DNA of 63,974 nt, counting the filler. It is 4 parts of 4 records of this genome, joined end to end, with 100 filler letters (N's around TTAATTAATTAA, not from the genome) between each part and the next. Parts side by side here need not be neighbours in the genome. Positions count along the whole stretch, not along the records: positions 1 to 30,208 come from SRR20825010_5154; 3 more parts are not named here. One strand, written 5' to 3'. Both the position numbers and the translations under genes were made by a program. Positions 11,120 through 22,426 of the stretch are shown in pieces. Below the pieces are notes generated by a model. It had not been told where the DNA came from. It saw only the letters and a list, made by a program, of their open reading frames with translations, and ran no database searches. Position 1 is the first letter of the stretch. Each line of letters begins with the position of its first letter.

Positions 11120-12724
11120 ATGGCCTCCCTTATCCCCACCGAGATCGCCGAGAACGCCCGCGCCTGGCCGTTCGAGGAAGCGCGAAAGATCGTTTCGCGG
11201 ATCGGGGGATCGAAACCGGAGAAAGGTCATGTCGTGCTGGAGACCGGCTACGGCCCGTCCGGCCTGCCCCATATCGGCACTTTCGGCGAGGTTTTCCGCA
11301 CCACCATGGTGCGCCGCGCCTTCGAGCAGCTCATGCCTGACGTGCCGACCAAGCTGATCGCCTTCTCGGACGATATGGACGGCTTCCGCAAGGTGCCGAC
11401 CAACTTGCCGAACCAGGAGATGCTGGCGGAGTATCTGAACAAGCCGCTGACCCAGGTGCCCGATCCCTTCGGCACGCACGAAAGCTTCGGCGCGCACAAC
11501 AACAACCGGCTGATGGAATTCCTCGACAGCTTCGGCTTCGAGTACGAGTTCATGTCCTCGACCGAATGCTACAAGAGCGGCATGTTCGACAAGGCGCTGC
11601 TGGAAACCCTGCAGCGCTATGACGAGATCATGGCCATCATGCTGCCGACCCTCGGCAAGGAGCGGCAGGCCACCTACTCTCCCTTCCTGCCGGTCTGCCC
11701 GACCACGGGCAACGTGCTGCAGGTTCCCATCATCGAGCGCAACACCGATGCCGGTACCGTGGTCTATGAGGACCCGAATGGCGGCGGCAAGGTCGAGGTG
11801 CCGGTCACGGGTGGACACTGCAAGCTGCAATGGAAGTGCGACTGGGCGATGCGCTGGCATGCGCTCGGCGTCGATTACGAGATGTCCGGCAAGGATCTGA
11901 TCGACAGCGTCAAGCAAAGCTCCAAGATCTGCCGCACCCTCGGCTCCAAGCCGCCGGAAAGCCTGAGCTACGAGCTGTTCCTCGACGAAGAGGGCGGCAA
12001 GATTTCCAAGTCCAAGGGCAACGGCCTCTCGGTCGAGGACTGGCTGCGCTACGGCTCACCGGAAAGCCTGTCGCTGTTCATGTACCAGCAGCCCAAAAGG
12101 GCCAAGCGGCTCTATTTCGACGTTATCCCGAAGAACACGGACGAGTATTTCCAGTTCCTCGACAAGCTGGAAGAAGAAACCGATGAGGCCAAAAAGGTCG
12201 AAAACCCGACCTGGCACATCACACAGGGACGCGGGCGCGGCAACGAAGAGAAAGTGCCGCTCAGCTTCGGCCTGCTGCTGAACCTGGCGTCGGTCTGCCA
12301 TGCCGAGGACACCTCCGTCCTCTGGGGCTATATCGCCCGCTACGCGCCCGGCGCGACGGCGGAAAGCCACCCGGTGCTGGACCGGATGGCTGGCTATGCG
12401 GTGAATTACTATCAGGACTTCGCCCGGCCGCAGAAGCAATACCGCGCCCCGACGGAGCAGGAACGCGCCGCATTTGAAGATCTGGTCGGTGAGCTGAAAG
12501 CCCTTGCGCCGGACGCCGATGCCGAAACCATCCAGACCCAGGTCTACGAGGTCGGAAAACGCCACGAGTTCGAGAATCTGCGCGACTGGTTCAAGGCGCT
12601 GTACCAGGTTCTGCTCGGCCAGGATCAGGGCCCGCGCTTCGGCAGTTTCATCGCGCTCTACGGACGGGATGAGACCGTGACGTTGATCGGGCGCGCTCTC
12701 GCAGGCGAGGATCTGGCGGCTTAA
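11120..12724 (+). CDS. lysS: Lysine--tRNA ligase, class I
   Basis: [43 protein letters not shown]. Confidence 0.97.
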   Translation: MASLIPTEIAENARAWPFEEARKIVSRIGGSKPEKGHVVLETGYGPSGLPHIGTFGEVFRTTMVRRAFEQLMPDVPTKLIAFSDDMDGFRKVPTNLPNQEMLAEYLNKPLTQVPDPFGTHESFGAHNNNRLMEFLDSFGFEYEFMSSTECYKSGMFDKALLETLQRYDEIMAIMLPTLGKERQATYSPFLPVCPTTGNVLQVPIIERNTDAGTVVYEDPNGGGKVEVPVTGGHCKLQWKCDWAMRWHALGVDYEMSGKDLIDSVKQSSKICRTLGSKPPESLSYELFLDEEGGKISKSKGNGLSVEDWLRYGSPESLSLFMYQQPKRAKRLYFDVIPKNTDEYFQFLDKLEEETDEAKKVENPTWHITQGRGRGNEEKVPLSFGLLLNLASVCHAEDTSVLWGYIARYAPGATAESHPVLDRMAGYAVNYYQDFARPQKQYRAPTEQERAAFEDLVGELKALAPDADAETIQTQVYEVGKRHEFENLRDWFKALYQVLLGQDQGPRFGSFIALYGRDETVTLIGRALAGEDLAA

Positions 12725-12747
12725 ACAGCACGCCCTTCACGAATAAC

Positions 12748-12776
12748 AAAACGGCCCTGCATAGCAGGGCCGTTTT
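12748..12776. terminator. Bidirectional intrinsic terminator lysS/ompW
   Basis: AAAACGGCCCTGC-ata-GCAGGGCCGTTTT. Confidence 0.88.
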
Positions 12777-12799
12777 CGCATTAAGGAACTGTGTTCAGA

Positions 12800-13462
12800 T
12801 CAGAAACGGTACCCGACACCGATACCGAACACCCACGGATCGAGATCCGCATCCACATTAAGCGGGCCGCTGCCAAGATTCGCCGTGATCGTCGTGTCGA
12901 GAAACACCTTTTTGACGTCGACATTCAGCGACCACGGGCCGGAGATCGCATAGTCGAAACCGGCCTGGAGTGCGTAGCCGAAGCCATTGTCATAGGAGAT
13001 CGACTGCGCCGCGCCGGGCTTCTCGTCATAGAAGAAGGTATAGTTGATACCGGCACCGAGATACGGGCTGAAGCGCTCCTTCGGCATGAAGTGATATTGC
13101 AGCGTCAGGGTCGGTGGCAGCAGCATGACGGAACCGAGATCGACGTTCGGGTTCTCCCACTTCAGATCATGTTTGGTCGTTGCCGCGATCAGCTCCACCG
13201 CGATGTTATCGGTGATGAAGTAGGAAAAATCGACTTCCGGCACATAATCGTTGTTCAGCTTGCCCTCACCGGTGGTGAGGTCGCTCGAAGAAGTGCTTTC
13301 ATCCGGAATCATGGCGATGCCACGAGCGCGGATGACAAAGTCACCAGCCTGCTTGGGCTTGAATTCGTCAGACTGGGCCAGTGCCGGACCGCTTGCCGTC
13401 ATGAGTGAACCCAGTACGGCAAACGTCACTGCCGCTGCCATCAATTTCCCGGAGAATGTCAT
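12800..13462 (-). CDS. ompW: OmpW family outer-membrane protein
   Basis: Signal peptide, PEVDFSYFITDNIAVELI, LPPTLTLQYHF, PYLGAGINYT, DPWVFGIGVGYRF. Confidence 0.94.
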   Translation of the reverse strand: MTFSGKLMAAAVTFAVLGSLMTASGPALAQSDEFKPKQAGDFVIRARGIAMIPDESTSSSDLTTGEGKLNNDYVPEVDFSYFITDNIAVELIAATTKHDLKWENPNVDLGSVMLLPPTLTLQYHFMPKERFSPYLGAGINYTFFYDEKPGAAQSISYDNGFGYALQAGFDYAISGPWSLNVDVKKVFLDTTITANLGSGPLNVDADLDPWVFGIGVGYRF

Positions 13463-13524
13463 CCGTCCGTCCTCTTGTATCGGAATTGCTGACGGCAAAA
13501 TGCACACCACCACCGCCTCCGGCC

Positions 13525-13538
13525 TTGACACAGATCAA
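13525..13538. promoter_or_regulatory. FNR/FnrL/FixK-type box upstream of ompW
   Basis: TTGAC-ACAG-ATCAA, one mismatch to TTGAT-N4-ATCAA. Confidence 0.75.
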
Positions 13539-13577
13539 CGGCACAACAGGAAAAACGATTTTCTTTGAATAGGTTAA

Positions 13578-13591
13578 CTGATCCAGATCAA
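13578..13591. promoter_or_regulatory. Second FNR-type box upstream of ompW
   Basis: CTGAT-CCAG-ATCAA, one mismatch to consensus. Confidence 0.65.
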
Positions 13592-13693
13592 TTGGTGGTC
13601 CGATATTAAAATGCGTTCCCGACGCGCTCGCAAAGACTCCCGTTTCCTCACCACAAAAACCGGTCTTGCGTCGGTCATCTTAGATCTTCATAT

Positions 13694-13710
13694 ATGTTAT
13701 ATTATAACAT
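13694..13710. promoter_or_regulatory. Zur box
   Basis: Perfect palindrome ATGTTATA-T-TATAACAT 19 nt before the start of a COG0523 gene. Confidence 0.88.
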
Positions 13711-13729
13711 TACATATTGGAGAATCTTC

Positions 13730-14941
13730 ATGCCCGACAATCGCCTCCCCGTGACGGTGCTTTCAGGATTTCTCGGTGCCGGCAAGACCACGCTGCTGAA
13801 CCGCGTCCTCAACAATCGCGAGGGCCGCCGCGTCGCCGTGATCGTGAACGACATGTCGGAAGTGAATATCGACGCGGATCTGGTACGGGCCGGCGGTGCC
13901 GAGCTCAGCCAGACGGAAGAAACCCTGGTGGAAATGTCGAACGGCTGCATTTGCTGCACCCTGCGGGACGATCTGCTGCTGGAGGTCCGCAAACTCGCGG
14001 AAGAAGGCCGGTTCGATTATCTGCTGATCGAGTCCACCGGCATTTCCGAGCCACTGCCCGTGGCAACCACCTTCGATTTCCGCGACGAGACAGGCGCGAG
14101 CCTCTCCGACATCGCCCGGCTGGACACCATGGTCACGGTCGTCGATGCGGTGAACCTGCCACGGGATTTCGCCAGCCACGACGCACTTGCCGACCGGGGC
14201 GAGATGCTGGGCGAAGAGGACGAGCGCACTCTGGTCCACCTGCTGACGGACCAGATTGAATTCGCGGATGTGATCGTCATCAACAAGGTCAGCGACGCGG
14301 GGCCTGACGGGCTGCGTACCGCACGGCAGATCGTGCGAAGTCTCAATGCGGACGCCCGTCTGATCGAAACCGATTTTGCCGACGTGCAGGCCGGGGCCAT
14401 TCTCGATACCGGCCTGTTCGATTTCGAAAAAGCGCAAGACCATCCACTCTGGGCCAAGGAGCTATACGGTTTCGCCGAGCATGTTCCGGAATCCGAGGAA
14501 TACGGAATCGCCTCCTTTGTCTACCGGGCGCGGCGGCCATTCGATCCGGCCGAGATCCATGAATTTCTGACCGGCCCATTGCCCGGTGTGATCCGTGCCA
14601 AGGGGCATTTCTGGATCGCTACCCGGCCGGACTGGCTGGCCGAATTCTCCCTCGCCGGTGCCCTGTCCAGCAGCACCCCGCTCGGCACATGGTGGGCCTC
14701 GGTCCCCAAGGAACGCTGGCCGGACCATGCACCGTTCCGGAACTATATCCGGGAGAACTGGGCCGAACCCTTCGGCGATCGGCGTCAGGAGATCGTCTTT
14801 ATCGGCACCGGGATCGACGGGGCGATGCTGAAGGCTCAACTCGATGCCTGTCTGGTGCCGGAAGATGTCTGCAACGATCTCGCAGCGTTAAAGGGCCTGC
14901 CAGACCCGTTCCCGCACTGGGGGCAGACCGCAGCTGCATGA
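13730..14941 (+). CDS. zigA: COG0523/CobW-family zinc metallochaperone GTPase (ZigA/YciC-like)
   Basis: [50 protein letters not shown]; start reassigned to ATG 13730 after GGAGA. Confidence 0.9.
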   Translation: MPDNRLPVTVLSGFLGAGKTTLLNRVLNNREGRRVAVIVNDMSEVNIDADLVRAGGAELSQTEETLVEMSNGCICCTLRDDLLLEVRKLAEEGRFDYLLIESTGISEPLPVATTFDFRDETGASLSDIARLDTMVTVVDAVNLPRDFASHDALADRGEMLGEEDERTLVHLLTDQIEFADVIVINKVSDAGPDGLRTARQIVRSLNADARLIETDFADVQAGAILDTGLFDFEKAQDHPLWAKELYGFAEHVPESEEYGIASFVYRARRPFDPAEIHEFLTGPLPGVIRAKGHFWIATRPDWLAEFSLAGALSSSTPLGTWWASVPKERWPDHAPFRNYIRENWAEPFGDRRQEIVFIGTGIDGAMLKAQLDACLVPEDVCNDLAALKGLPDPFPHWGQTAAA

Positions 14942-14958
14942 GCCCCACAGCGCCTCAC

Positions 14959-16254
14959 TCAGAGACCAAGCTTGTCCGCCACACGGTGCCAGGCGAGCAT
15001 CGCCGGCATGAACCAGGGCGTGCCGTTATAGAGCGGGCGCCCGTTGAACGGCAGATCGTCGAACGGCGTCGCCCCCTCCTCGCTGCCCAGCATCTTCAGG
15101 CCGAGCTTGCGGCCGAAGAAGCTGGCGCGGGCAACGCCGGAGCCGCAATACCCCATGGCGTAATAGAGGCCGTCCATTTCGCCAAGATGCGGGACATGGT
15201 CGAAGGTATAGGCGACGAGGCCGGACCAGCTGTGACTGATCTTCACGCTTTCCAACTCGGGAAAGACTTCGACCAATTGCCGCCGCAACAGCTTTGCATT
15301 CACCAGCGGCTTGTCAGCGGTACTCGCGGCCCGTCCGCCGAAGAGCACGCGGGTGCCGTCCGGAGAACGGCGATAATAGGCGACGATACGGCGGCTGTCC
15401 CCGGTCACCCGGTCTTTCGGGAAAAGCCGGTCCATCACCTCGGCGGGCAGCGCTTCTGTCGCGATCATCGCCGTGCGGATCGGCAGAATGCGGCGGCGGA
15501 ATTGCGGCGTCAGGTCTCCCGTATATCCATTGGTGCAGATCGCGACCTGCTCGGCCCGCACGCTGCCGCGCGGGCAGGAGATATTGAAACCGCCCGTAAC
15601 CCGCTCCACACCCGTAACCGGTGTTTCGGCTGCGATCGTGACGCCCGCCGCACGGGCGCACGCCACCAGCCCGTCGAAATAGAGCCCCGGATGAAGACCG
15701 CCATCGGTGTTGTAAACGATCCCGCCATGGAACAGGTCGGAGCCGATCTCCTCGCGCTGGTCGGCCTTCGCCACCATGTGCCCCTCGACGCCGCAGGCCG
15801 CGCGCAATGTTTCAAGCTGCCGCGCCATGGTGTCGAAATGCTCGGGCCGGAGGGCGCCCCGGAAACGTCCGTTGCGCCGGAACTGGCACTCGATGCCCTC
15901 TTCCTTGAGGAAGCTGTCGAGGAATTCGACAAAGCCGAGGCTATGCCGCAGGATCGCGTTCGCCCGTTCCTCGCCATAGGCCTGCTTCATGCCAAGCACG
16001 CCGAGCTTATGGAAACTCGGGCCGACCATCCCGCCATTGCGCGTGCTGGCGCCATAACCGAGCGGCCCCGCCTCGAACAGCATGACCGACTTGCCGGCCC
16101 GCGCCTGCACAAGCGCCGCATGCAAACCGGAGAACCCGGCGCCGACGATAGCAACATCGACCCGGCGCGGAAGGTCGACTTCTTCTGAAACAGGCCTCGG
16201 CGCGGCGTCCCACCAATAGGGGGAGTGCGCCATATCCTTGAAAACGGACGTCAT
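14959..16254 (-). CDS. FAD-dependent oxidoreductase, DAO/PuuB-like family
   Basis: IVGAGFSGL, GASTRNGG, CTNGYT, GYCGSGV. Confidence 0.88.
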   Translation of the reverse strand: MTSVFKDMAHSPYWWDAAPRPVSEEVDLPRRVDVAIVGAGFSGLHAALVQARAGKSVMLFEAGPLGYGASTRNGGMVGPSFHKLGVLGMKQAYGEERANAILRHSLGFVEFLDSFLKEEGIECQFRRNGRFRGALRPEHFDTMARQLETLRAACGVEGHMVAKADQREEIGSDLFHGGIVYNTDGGLHPGLYFDGLVACARAAGVTIAAETPVTGVERVTGGFNISCPRGSVRAEQVAICTNGYTGDLTPQFRRRILPIRTAMIATEALPAEVMDRLFPKDRVTGDSRRIVAYYRRSPDGTRVLFGGRAASTADKPLVNAKLLRRQLVEVFPELESVKISHSWSGLVAYTFDHVPHLGEMDGLYYAMGYCGSGVARASFFGRKLGLKMLGSEEGATPFDDLPFNGRPLYNGTPWFMPAMLAWHRVADKLGL

Positions 16255-16314
16255 TGAAATCCTCGGGAGGGAGTGCGGAGCCGCGGATCCACTATACGCC
16301 CGTCCCGATGGAGC

Positions 16315-17424
16315 TCAAGATTGAAGCCGCCCCATCACCTCTTCAGCGATGGCGAGCGAGGACGTTACCCCCGGTGACTCGATGCCGTAGAGATTGACCA
16401 GTCCCGGCACGCCGTGCTCGTCCGGTCCCTGGATCATGAAGTCGGCGGCGGCTTCGCCTTCCGCCTGGATTTTCGGGCGGATGCCGGAATAGGCCGGGAT
16501 CAGGCTGTCGTCGGGCAGGCCCGGCCAGTATTTCCGGACAGCCGCGTAGAAACTGTCGGAGCGGCGCGGGTCGACATCGTAATTGATCTCGTCGATCCAC
16601 TCGACATCCGGGCCGAACCGGGCCTGGCCGCCGAGATCCAGCGTCAGATGGACGCCGAGACCAGCCGCTTCCGGGGCCGGGTAGATCAGGCTGCTGAACG
16701 GCGCCGCACAGCCGGTGAGCTGGTAGTAATTGCCCTTGCAGAAATGCTGCGCCGGAATCGCGTCCGCCGGAAAGCCCTCGATGGAGCGCATGATGCTTTG
16801 GCTGTGCAGTCCCGCCGCGACCACAACGGTTTTCGCCGTCAGTGTCATCCCATGCTCCCCGCCGACGCACAGCTCGATGCCATCTTCCGTAACCTTCCCG
16901 CCCTCGACGGGGGAGAGGAAAGCGATCATGCCGCCATGCTCTTCCAGATCGCCCTGCAGGGCCAGCATGTAGGAATGGCTGTCGATCACGCCGGTCGAGG
17001 GGGACCAGAGCGCGGTGACGCAACGCAGGTCCGGCTCGCGCGCGGTGACCTCGTTATGAGAGAGGAATTCGAGATCGTGGACGCCGTTCTTCTCTGCCCG
17101 TTCCTTGATCTGCTGCAGGGCTGCGACCTGGTCCTCGGAGGTGGCGACGATCAGCTTGCCGAGCTTCTTGTAGGGCACGCCGTGGCTCTCGACAAAATCG
17201 TAGAGCATCTCCTTGCCGCGCACGCAGACATTGGCCTTCAGGCTGCCTGGAGGATAATAGATGCCGGCATGGATGACTTCGGAATGACGCGAGCTGGTCT
17301 CGGAGCCGATCAGGTCATGCTGTTCCAGCACGATCACTTCCCGGCCAGCCATGGCCAGCGCCCGCGCTGCTGCTAGGCCAACCACGCCCGCTCCGATCAC
17401 CACTGCGTCGACTGTGTCCGACAC
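16315..17424 (-). CDS. L-2-hydroxyglutarate oxidase (LhgO)-family FAD oxidoreductase
   Basis: [57 protein letters not shown]. Confidence 0.9.
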   Translation of the reverse strand: MSDTVDAVVIGAGVVGLAAARALAMAGREVIVLEQHDLIGSETSSRHSEVIHAGIYYPPGSLKANVCVRGKEMLYDFVESHGVPYKKLGKLIVATSEDQVAALQQIKERAEKNGVHDLEFLSHNEVTAREPDLRCVTALWSPSTGVIDSHSYMLALQGDLEEHGGMIAFLSPVEGGKVTEDGIELCVGGEHGMTLTAKTVVVAAGLHSQSIMRSIEGFPADAIPAQHFCKGNYYQLTGCAAPFSSLIYPAPEAAGLGVHLTLDLGGQARFGPDVEWIDEINYDVDPRRSDSFYAAVRKYWPGLPDDSLIPAYSGIRPKIQAEGEAAADFMIQGPDEHGVPGLVNLYGIESPGVTSSLAIAEEVMGRLQS

Positions 17425-17453
17425 GCGCTATTCCTCCACTCGATCTTCTTGTT

Positions 17454-17535
17454 CGTCATCCCCACGCATGTGGGGACCCAGGGAGGACAGGCACTAGTCT
17501 ACGATCTCTGGGTCCCCGCTTACGCGGGAATGACG
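17454..17535. repeat. CGTC-type REP-like dimer
   Basis: CGTCATCCCC...GGGGACCCAG spacer CTGGGTCCCC...GGGAATGACG; close match to 22182-22264. Confidence 0.8.
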
Positions 17536-17550
17536 GTTGTTACAGTCCGG

Positions 17551-20331
17551 TTAGAACGGCACCTCGTCCACGTCAACTGACACTGTTGGAACGGGTGCCG
17601 TCCCGAAAAAGGAACGGGTCTCCGCCACCGCCTCTGCCAGGCCGCAGCGCCGCACCTCGACACCGTCGGGAAAGGCGCCGAGCAGCCGGGTCGGCATCAT
17701 CGGGTCGAGAAGCACGAAGACGCCGCGATCATCCGCCCGGCGCACAAGACGCCCGAAGGCCTGCTTCAGTTTAAGCCGTGTCAGCATGTCCGTGTAGCTG
17801 CCACCGCCAAATGCCGAGCGGCGGGCGCGATAGAGGATATCCGGGCGCGGCCAGGGCACCCGGTCGAAGACAATCAGGCGGAGCGCGTTGCCGGGCACAT
17901 CGACCCCGTCCCGCACCGCGTCCGTGCCGAGCAGGCAGGCGTGCTCCTCAGCCCTGAAAATATCAATCAGGGTGGAGAGATCGAGCCCATCCACATGCTG
18001 GGCATAGAGCGGCAGGTCCGCTTCGTCGATGGCGCCGCCGATCCGCCGGTGCACCTCGCGCAAACGCTGGATCGCGGTGAACAGGCCGAGCGCTCCCCCG
18101 CCGGAGGCAAGGAACAGCTCCCGGTAGGCGGACGCGACCTGGGCCATATCGTCCTTGCGCACATCGTTGACGATAAAGACCCGGGTCCGGGACGGGTAAT
18201 CGAACGGCGAGGCAACGGCGGCATGCACCGCCGGCGCATCCAGCCAGACAGCCCCGGTCCGCTCTTCCGCCGCCTGCCAGTCGCGGAAATCATTGCCGGT
18301 GCCGTCCCTCAGGGTGGCCGAGGTCATAACCACGCCCTGGGCCGGTTTCACCACCGCTTCGGCGAAGGGGCGGCCCGGATCGATCCAGTGCCGGTGCAGG
18401 CCAAGATCCATGTCCCGCCCGTCACTCCGGTCGATCTCCAGCCAGTCGACATATTCCGCCGGGGTTTCGTGCGCCAGCGCCTTCAGCATGTCGCGCCAGG
18501 CACCAAGGGTCATCTCTCCGCGCCGTTGCAGGGAACGGGCGACGGCCTCAATGCGCAGGCGCATGGCGCTTTCCAGATCTTCCGCATCCTCGTCCAGCCG
18601 GTTTTCCAGCCGCTTCTTCAGCTCCTTCAGCGGGGTCAGGATTCGGGCCAGTGCGGCATCGAGCGCTTCGGCCGCTTCCAGCAACCCGTCCACCGGCGGA
18701 TGGGTATCCGTCTGCATCGAATAGGGGCTGTCCGGCTGCTCTGTCCGGGCATAGACCTGCGTGCGGACCAGTGCCAGGAAACGCTCCGTCTCCCCCTTTG
18801 TCTCGCCCTCGGCGATCCGGGTCAGCCAACCCTCGCCCGGTAGCACGCGGGCGGCATGCATGACGGCTTCCAGCGCTTCCTGCGCCGTCTCGTCATCGGC
18901 GATCAGATCCTCGACGCGCTTCTTCAGGCCCCGCGCCCGGCCGGACCGGCGGCCCTCGGCGCCGACCAGCCAGCGCCGCAGCTCCACCGTCTCGATCGCC
19001 GTCAGATGTGCGGAGAAGGCGCTGTCCGCCGCATCGAACACATGGTGCCCCTCGTCAAACACATAGCGGGTCGGCAGTGCGCCATCGTCGATCCCGCCAA
19101 GCGCCGCCTGGATCATCACCAGCGCATGGTTGGCGACGACAATTTCCGCCCGGCGCGCCCGGCGCACGGATTTCTCGATGTAGCATTTGGAATAATGCGG
19201 GCAGGCAGAATAGATGCATTCGCCACGCCGGTCCGCCAGACCGACGGTGCGGCCGCGCCCGAGCAGGTCGGCCAGCCAGGCCGGGAAATCACCTCCCTGC
19301 ACGTCCCCGTCCCGCGTCACCTCCGCCCAGCGCGCCATCAGGCCCAGCGCCGTGCCGAACTGCGGCATGGTCGGCAGGGTGTTCACCGCCTCTTCCAGAT
19401 TGAGCAGGCAGAGATAATTCTCCCGCCCCTTGCGCACCACCGCCTTGAGCGCCTTGCGCACCGGGTCGGGATAGAGCCGGTCCAGCTCGCCGTCGATCTG
19501 GTGCTGCAGGTTGCGGGTATAGGTGGAGACCCAGACCGCGCCCTCGTTCTTCTCCGCCCAGACGCTGGCGGGCGCGATATAGCCGAGGGTCTTGCCGACG
19601 CCGGTGCCCGCTTCCGCCAGCACCACGTTCGGGCGGCGCTCTTCCTCGCGCGGCATGAAGGCGGCGGAGACCGCGGAGGCATAGTCCGCCTGGCTTGGCC
19701 GGGCTTCCGCTCCACTCCCCAGCAATGCCGCCAGCCGCTCCCGCGCTTCGGTGTCGCCAACCGGCTTGTTCCCGGCGGGCGGCTCCGGCGCATGCTCGGA
19801 CCATTCCTCCAGCCGGCGCCAGACCTGCAGCCCGCTCGGCCGCACCGGGCCCGGCGGCGGCAGATCCGTCGCGCCGAGTGCATGCAGCACCGCATCGCCC
19901 CAGGCCCAGCCGCAATTGCGCATGGTCTCGGCAATCGGCCGAGCGCTCGGGTCCCGGTCCTTGTCGGCGAGCTCCGCCAGCAGAGCGGCGGCGGCGGATG
20001 ACAATATCAGCGCCTCGTCCTCATGATCCTGCGGCGGCGCCAGCATCAGCGCCTCGGCGAGACCGCGCGGGGTCGGCAGGCAGAACTGGGCGGGGCGGAC
20101 AAAGGCGAAGAGTTCGAGCACATCGACCGCCGCGATTCCGTCGAGCCGCAGCCGCCGGGCAATGGCGCGGGCATGGGCGACGATGCACGGCCCGGCGCGC
20201 AGCCGTCCGGCCGCTTCCTCGTGGCTGATCTGTTCCAGATCACCATCCGTCCCGAGCCAGACCGCGAAGCGCGGGGCGAGGACAAGGCTCGGCAAGGAGG
20301 GTATACGGATCTCGCGCTCGGAGGAGGTCAT
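17551..20331 (-). CDS. DinG/YoaA-family ATP-dependent DNA helicase
   Basis: EAGTGVGKT, KGRENYLC, Fe-S cysteines C.YSACPHYSKC, DEGHH, TSATL, GVDVPG, QAFGRLVR. Confidence 0.93.
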   Translation of the reverse strand: MTSSEREIRIPSLPSLVLAPRFAVWLGTDGDLEQISHEEAAGRLRAGPCIVAHARAIARRLRLDGIAAVDVLELFAFVRPAQFCLPTPRGLAEALMLAPPQDHEDEALILSSAAAALLAELADKDRDPSARPIAETMRNCGWAWGDAVLHALGATDLPPPGPVRPSGLQVWRRLEEWSEHAPEPPAGNKPVGDTEARERLAALLGSGAEARPSQADYASAVSAAFMPREEERRPNVVLAEAGTGVGKTLGYIAPASVWAEKNEGAVWVSTYTRNLQHQIDGELDRLYPDPVRKALKAVVRKGRENYLCLLNLEEAVNTLPTMPQFGTALGLMARWAEVTRDGDVQGGDFPAWLADLLGRGRTVGLADRRGECIYSACPHYSKCYIEKSVRRARRAEIVVANHALVMIQAALGGIDDGALPTRYVFDEGHHVFDAADSAFSAHLTAIETVELRRWLVGAEGRRSGRARGLKKRVEDLIADDETAQEALEAVMHAARVLPGEGWLTRIAEGETKGETERFLALVRTQVYARTEQPDSPYSMQTDTHPPVDGLLEAAEALDAALARILTPLKELKKRLENRLDEDAEDLESAMRLRIEAVARSLQRRGEMTLGAWRDMLKALAHETPAEYVDWLEIDRSDGRDMDLGLHRHWIDPGRPFAEAVVKPAQGVVMTSATLRDGTGNDFRDWQAAEERTGAVWLDAPAVHAAVASPFDYPSRTRVFIVNDVRKDDMAQVASAYRELFLASGGGALGLFTAIQRLREVHRRIGGAIDEADLPLYAQHVDGLDLSTLIDIFRAEEHACLLGTDAVRDGVDVPGNALRLIVFDRVPWPRPDILYRARRSAFGGGSYTDMLTRLKLKQAFGRLVRRADDRGVFVLLDPMMPTRLLGAFPDGVEVRRCGLAEAVAETRSFFGTAPVPTVSVDVDEVPF

Positions 20332-20418
20332 CCACACCCTTTATCAAGGCCGCGCCGGGTTTGCCAGAAGTGCTTGGAGCCTGCATTCTGTGGCCGCCCG
20401 AGGCGAGGAAAGAAGATC

Positions 20419-21672
20419 ATGTTCGCAAGCCCTGCGATCCCGGACGAAAAAGCAACGGCACTGATCCAGTGGCTGATCTATCAGGCATGGGAAAAAGCCC
20501 CGAACGAGGCTCTGGTCGCGGCGACTGCCGAGCGGATCGTCGCCGCCGGCCTGCCGCTCGACCGCTGCCGGGTGGCGATGTACACGCTGCACCCCGAAAC
20601 CGGCTCGCTGATGTTCGACTGGGACCGCGCGGAGAACGCGCCCCAATCCGGCCACCGGCACGAGATCGCCTATAGCGACGGCAATTCTGAAGAATGGAAG
20701 GCAAGCCCGCTGCATCACATGATGGCGACCGGCACGATGCGTTTCCGCAGGCGGCTTGCGGGACCCGGCGCGGAGCTGGATTTCCCCGCACTCACGGATT
20801 TTCATGCGGAAGGCTTCACCGATTATTACGCCTGCATGTTCGGCGGCAAGGAAGCGCTGCGCCTTATCCGCGACGGGGAGCGCAGTTGCGGCGCGATGCT
20901 CCGATGGCTGACGCGCCACCCGGACGGCTTCTCCGACCATCACATCGCCTTCATCGACAGTATTGTCCCGGCCCTGACCTCGGCCATTCAGGCTCATCTC
21001 GATCAGGAAATCGCGGCCAACCTGCTGGATGCCTATGTCGGCCCGCTGGTCGGCGAACGCATCCTGAAGGGCGAGATCCGGCGCGGCATGGCGGAAAGCC
21101 TCAACGCTGTGCTGATGATCGCCGACCTGTCCGATTTCACCAGCGTCAGCGATATCGTCTCGAAAGAGGAAATGGTCTCGGCGCTGAACCGCTATTTCGA
21201 CGCCATGCTGGCGCCGGTCGACGCGGCCGGCGGGCAGGTGCTGAAATTCCTCGGCGACGGCTTCCTCGCCATCTTCCCGTTCGAGCCGGGCATGCAGCGC
21301 GAGGTCGCGCAGAAAGCCCTGGAGGCCGCGACAGAGGCTCTGGCCGCCGTCGATGCGCTGGCCGAAACCGAGGCGGATCTGGAGCGTCCGGCCATGGGCC
21401 TCAACGTGGCGCTGCATCTGGGCGAGGTGATGTTCGGCAATGTCGGCTCCCGCGACCGGCTCGACTTCACCGTCATCGGCCCCGCCGTGAACGAGGCCAG
21501 CCGGATGGAAAGCCTCTGCCGTTCGCTCGGCACCGACATCATCCTGTCGGAAAGCATCGCCACCCTTCTGCCGGACCAGACCCGGCTGCTGACCCGGATG
21601 GAGTTGCGCGGCGTGAAGGGCGAGCGCGCGCTCTATGCTCCGCTCCCCGCGGCCACGGGAGCCATGCGATGA
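20419..21672 (+). CDS. Class III adenylate/guanylate cyclase domain protein
   Basis: ADLSDFT, LKFLGDGFLAIF, GNVGS.DRLDFTVIGPAVNEASR. Confidence 0.92.
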   Translation: MFASPAIPDEKATALIQWLIYQAWEKAPNEALVAATAERIVAAGLPLDRCRVAMYTLHPETGSLMFDWDRAENAPQSGHRHEIAYSDGNSEEWKASPLHHMMATGTMRFRRRLAGPGAELDFPALTDFHAEGFTDYYACMFGGKEALRLIRDGERSCGAMLRWLTRHPDGFSDHHIAFIDSIVPALTSAIQAHLDQEIAANLLDAYVGPLVGERILKGEIRRGMAESLNAVLMIADLSDFTSVSDIVSKEEMVSALNRYFDAMLAPVDAAGGQVLKFLGDGFLAIFPFEPGMQREVAQKALEAATEALAAVDALAETEADLERPAMGLNVALHLGEVMFGNVGSRDRLDFTVIGPAVNEASRMESLCRSLGTDIILSESIATLLPDQTRLLTRMELRGVKGERALYAPLPAATGAMR

Positions 21673-22130
21673 GCGAGCCGAAATTCGACGCCATAGACCG
21701 CGCCATCCTGACCTTCATCCAGAACAACGGCCGCGCCGCCTATGCCGATATCGGCGCCCATGCGGGTCTCTCCGTCTCCGCCGTGAACGAACGGCTGAAG
21801 AAGCTGCAAAATGCAGGCGCCATCCGGGGTTACGGCGCCATCCTGGAGCCTGCGGCCATTGGCCTTGAAGTCCTTGCATACGTCTCCGTGCTGATCGACT
21901 GGAGCGTCCATAACGACGCCTTCCTGGAAGCCGTCATGGACATGCCCGAAGTGCTCGAATGCCACCACGTCACCGGCGACTGGTCCTACCTGCTGAAAAT
22001 CCGCACCCGCTCCAACGACGCGCTGGAAGACGTCATCTCCAACCGCATCAAACTGCTGCCGGGCGTGACGAGGAGCCAGACCGTGATCGCGCTGAAATCC
22101 CCGAAGGAAAGCGCGGTGCTACCGGTGTGA
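21669..22130 (+). CDS. Lrp/AsnC family transcriptional regulator
   Basis: D.IDRAIL..Q.NGR, GLS.SAV.ERLKKL, ECHHVTG.WSYLLK; ATGA overlap with cyclase stop. Confidence 0.93.
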   Translation: MSEPKFDAIDRAILTFIQNNGRAAYADIGAHAGLSVSAVNERLKKLQNAGAIRGYGAILEPAAIGLEVLAYVSVLIDWSVHNDAFLEAVMDMPEVLECHHVTGDWSYLLKIRTRSNDALEDVISNRIKLLPGVTRSQTVIALKSPKESAVLPV

Positions 22131-22181
22131 GACGGAATGCCGTCCGCCCTCCATCACCCCACCCACCCACCAAACAAATGC

Positions 22182-22264
22182 CGTCATTCCCGCGCACACG
22201 GGAACCCAGGGAAGCCGGACACTGCCCTACGATCTCTGGGTCCCGGATCAGGTCCAGAATGACG
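22182..22264. repeat. CGTC-type REP-like dimer
   Basis: CGTCATTCCCG...GGGAACCCAG spacer CTACGATCTCTGGGTCCC...GAATGACG. Confidence 0.8.
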
Positions 22265-22426
22265 AATTGGGCCGACCAATTACATGTGACACGACGCTTA
22301 GTCCGGAATTGTCCGCAAAGAAAATTTAAAAACCGCTCTATTGATGAGCATCACAAAAATACCTAAACACAATTTTTCTACCCTAAAGGGTGTCACATTA
22401 AGTTTAGCTATACAGGAGAATGCGGA

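Noticed and set aside
20694-21668. Apparent 478-aa Lrp fusion
   Set aside because: N-terminal part is an alternative frame of the cyclase; real start is the coupled ATG at 21669.
22141-22175. C-rich tract (G-quadruplex-like on minus strand) and similar 10-mer at about 23561 as islet boundary repeat
   Set aside because: Too short and low-complexity to support either a structure or a target duplication.
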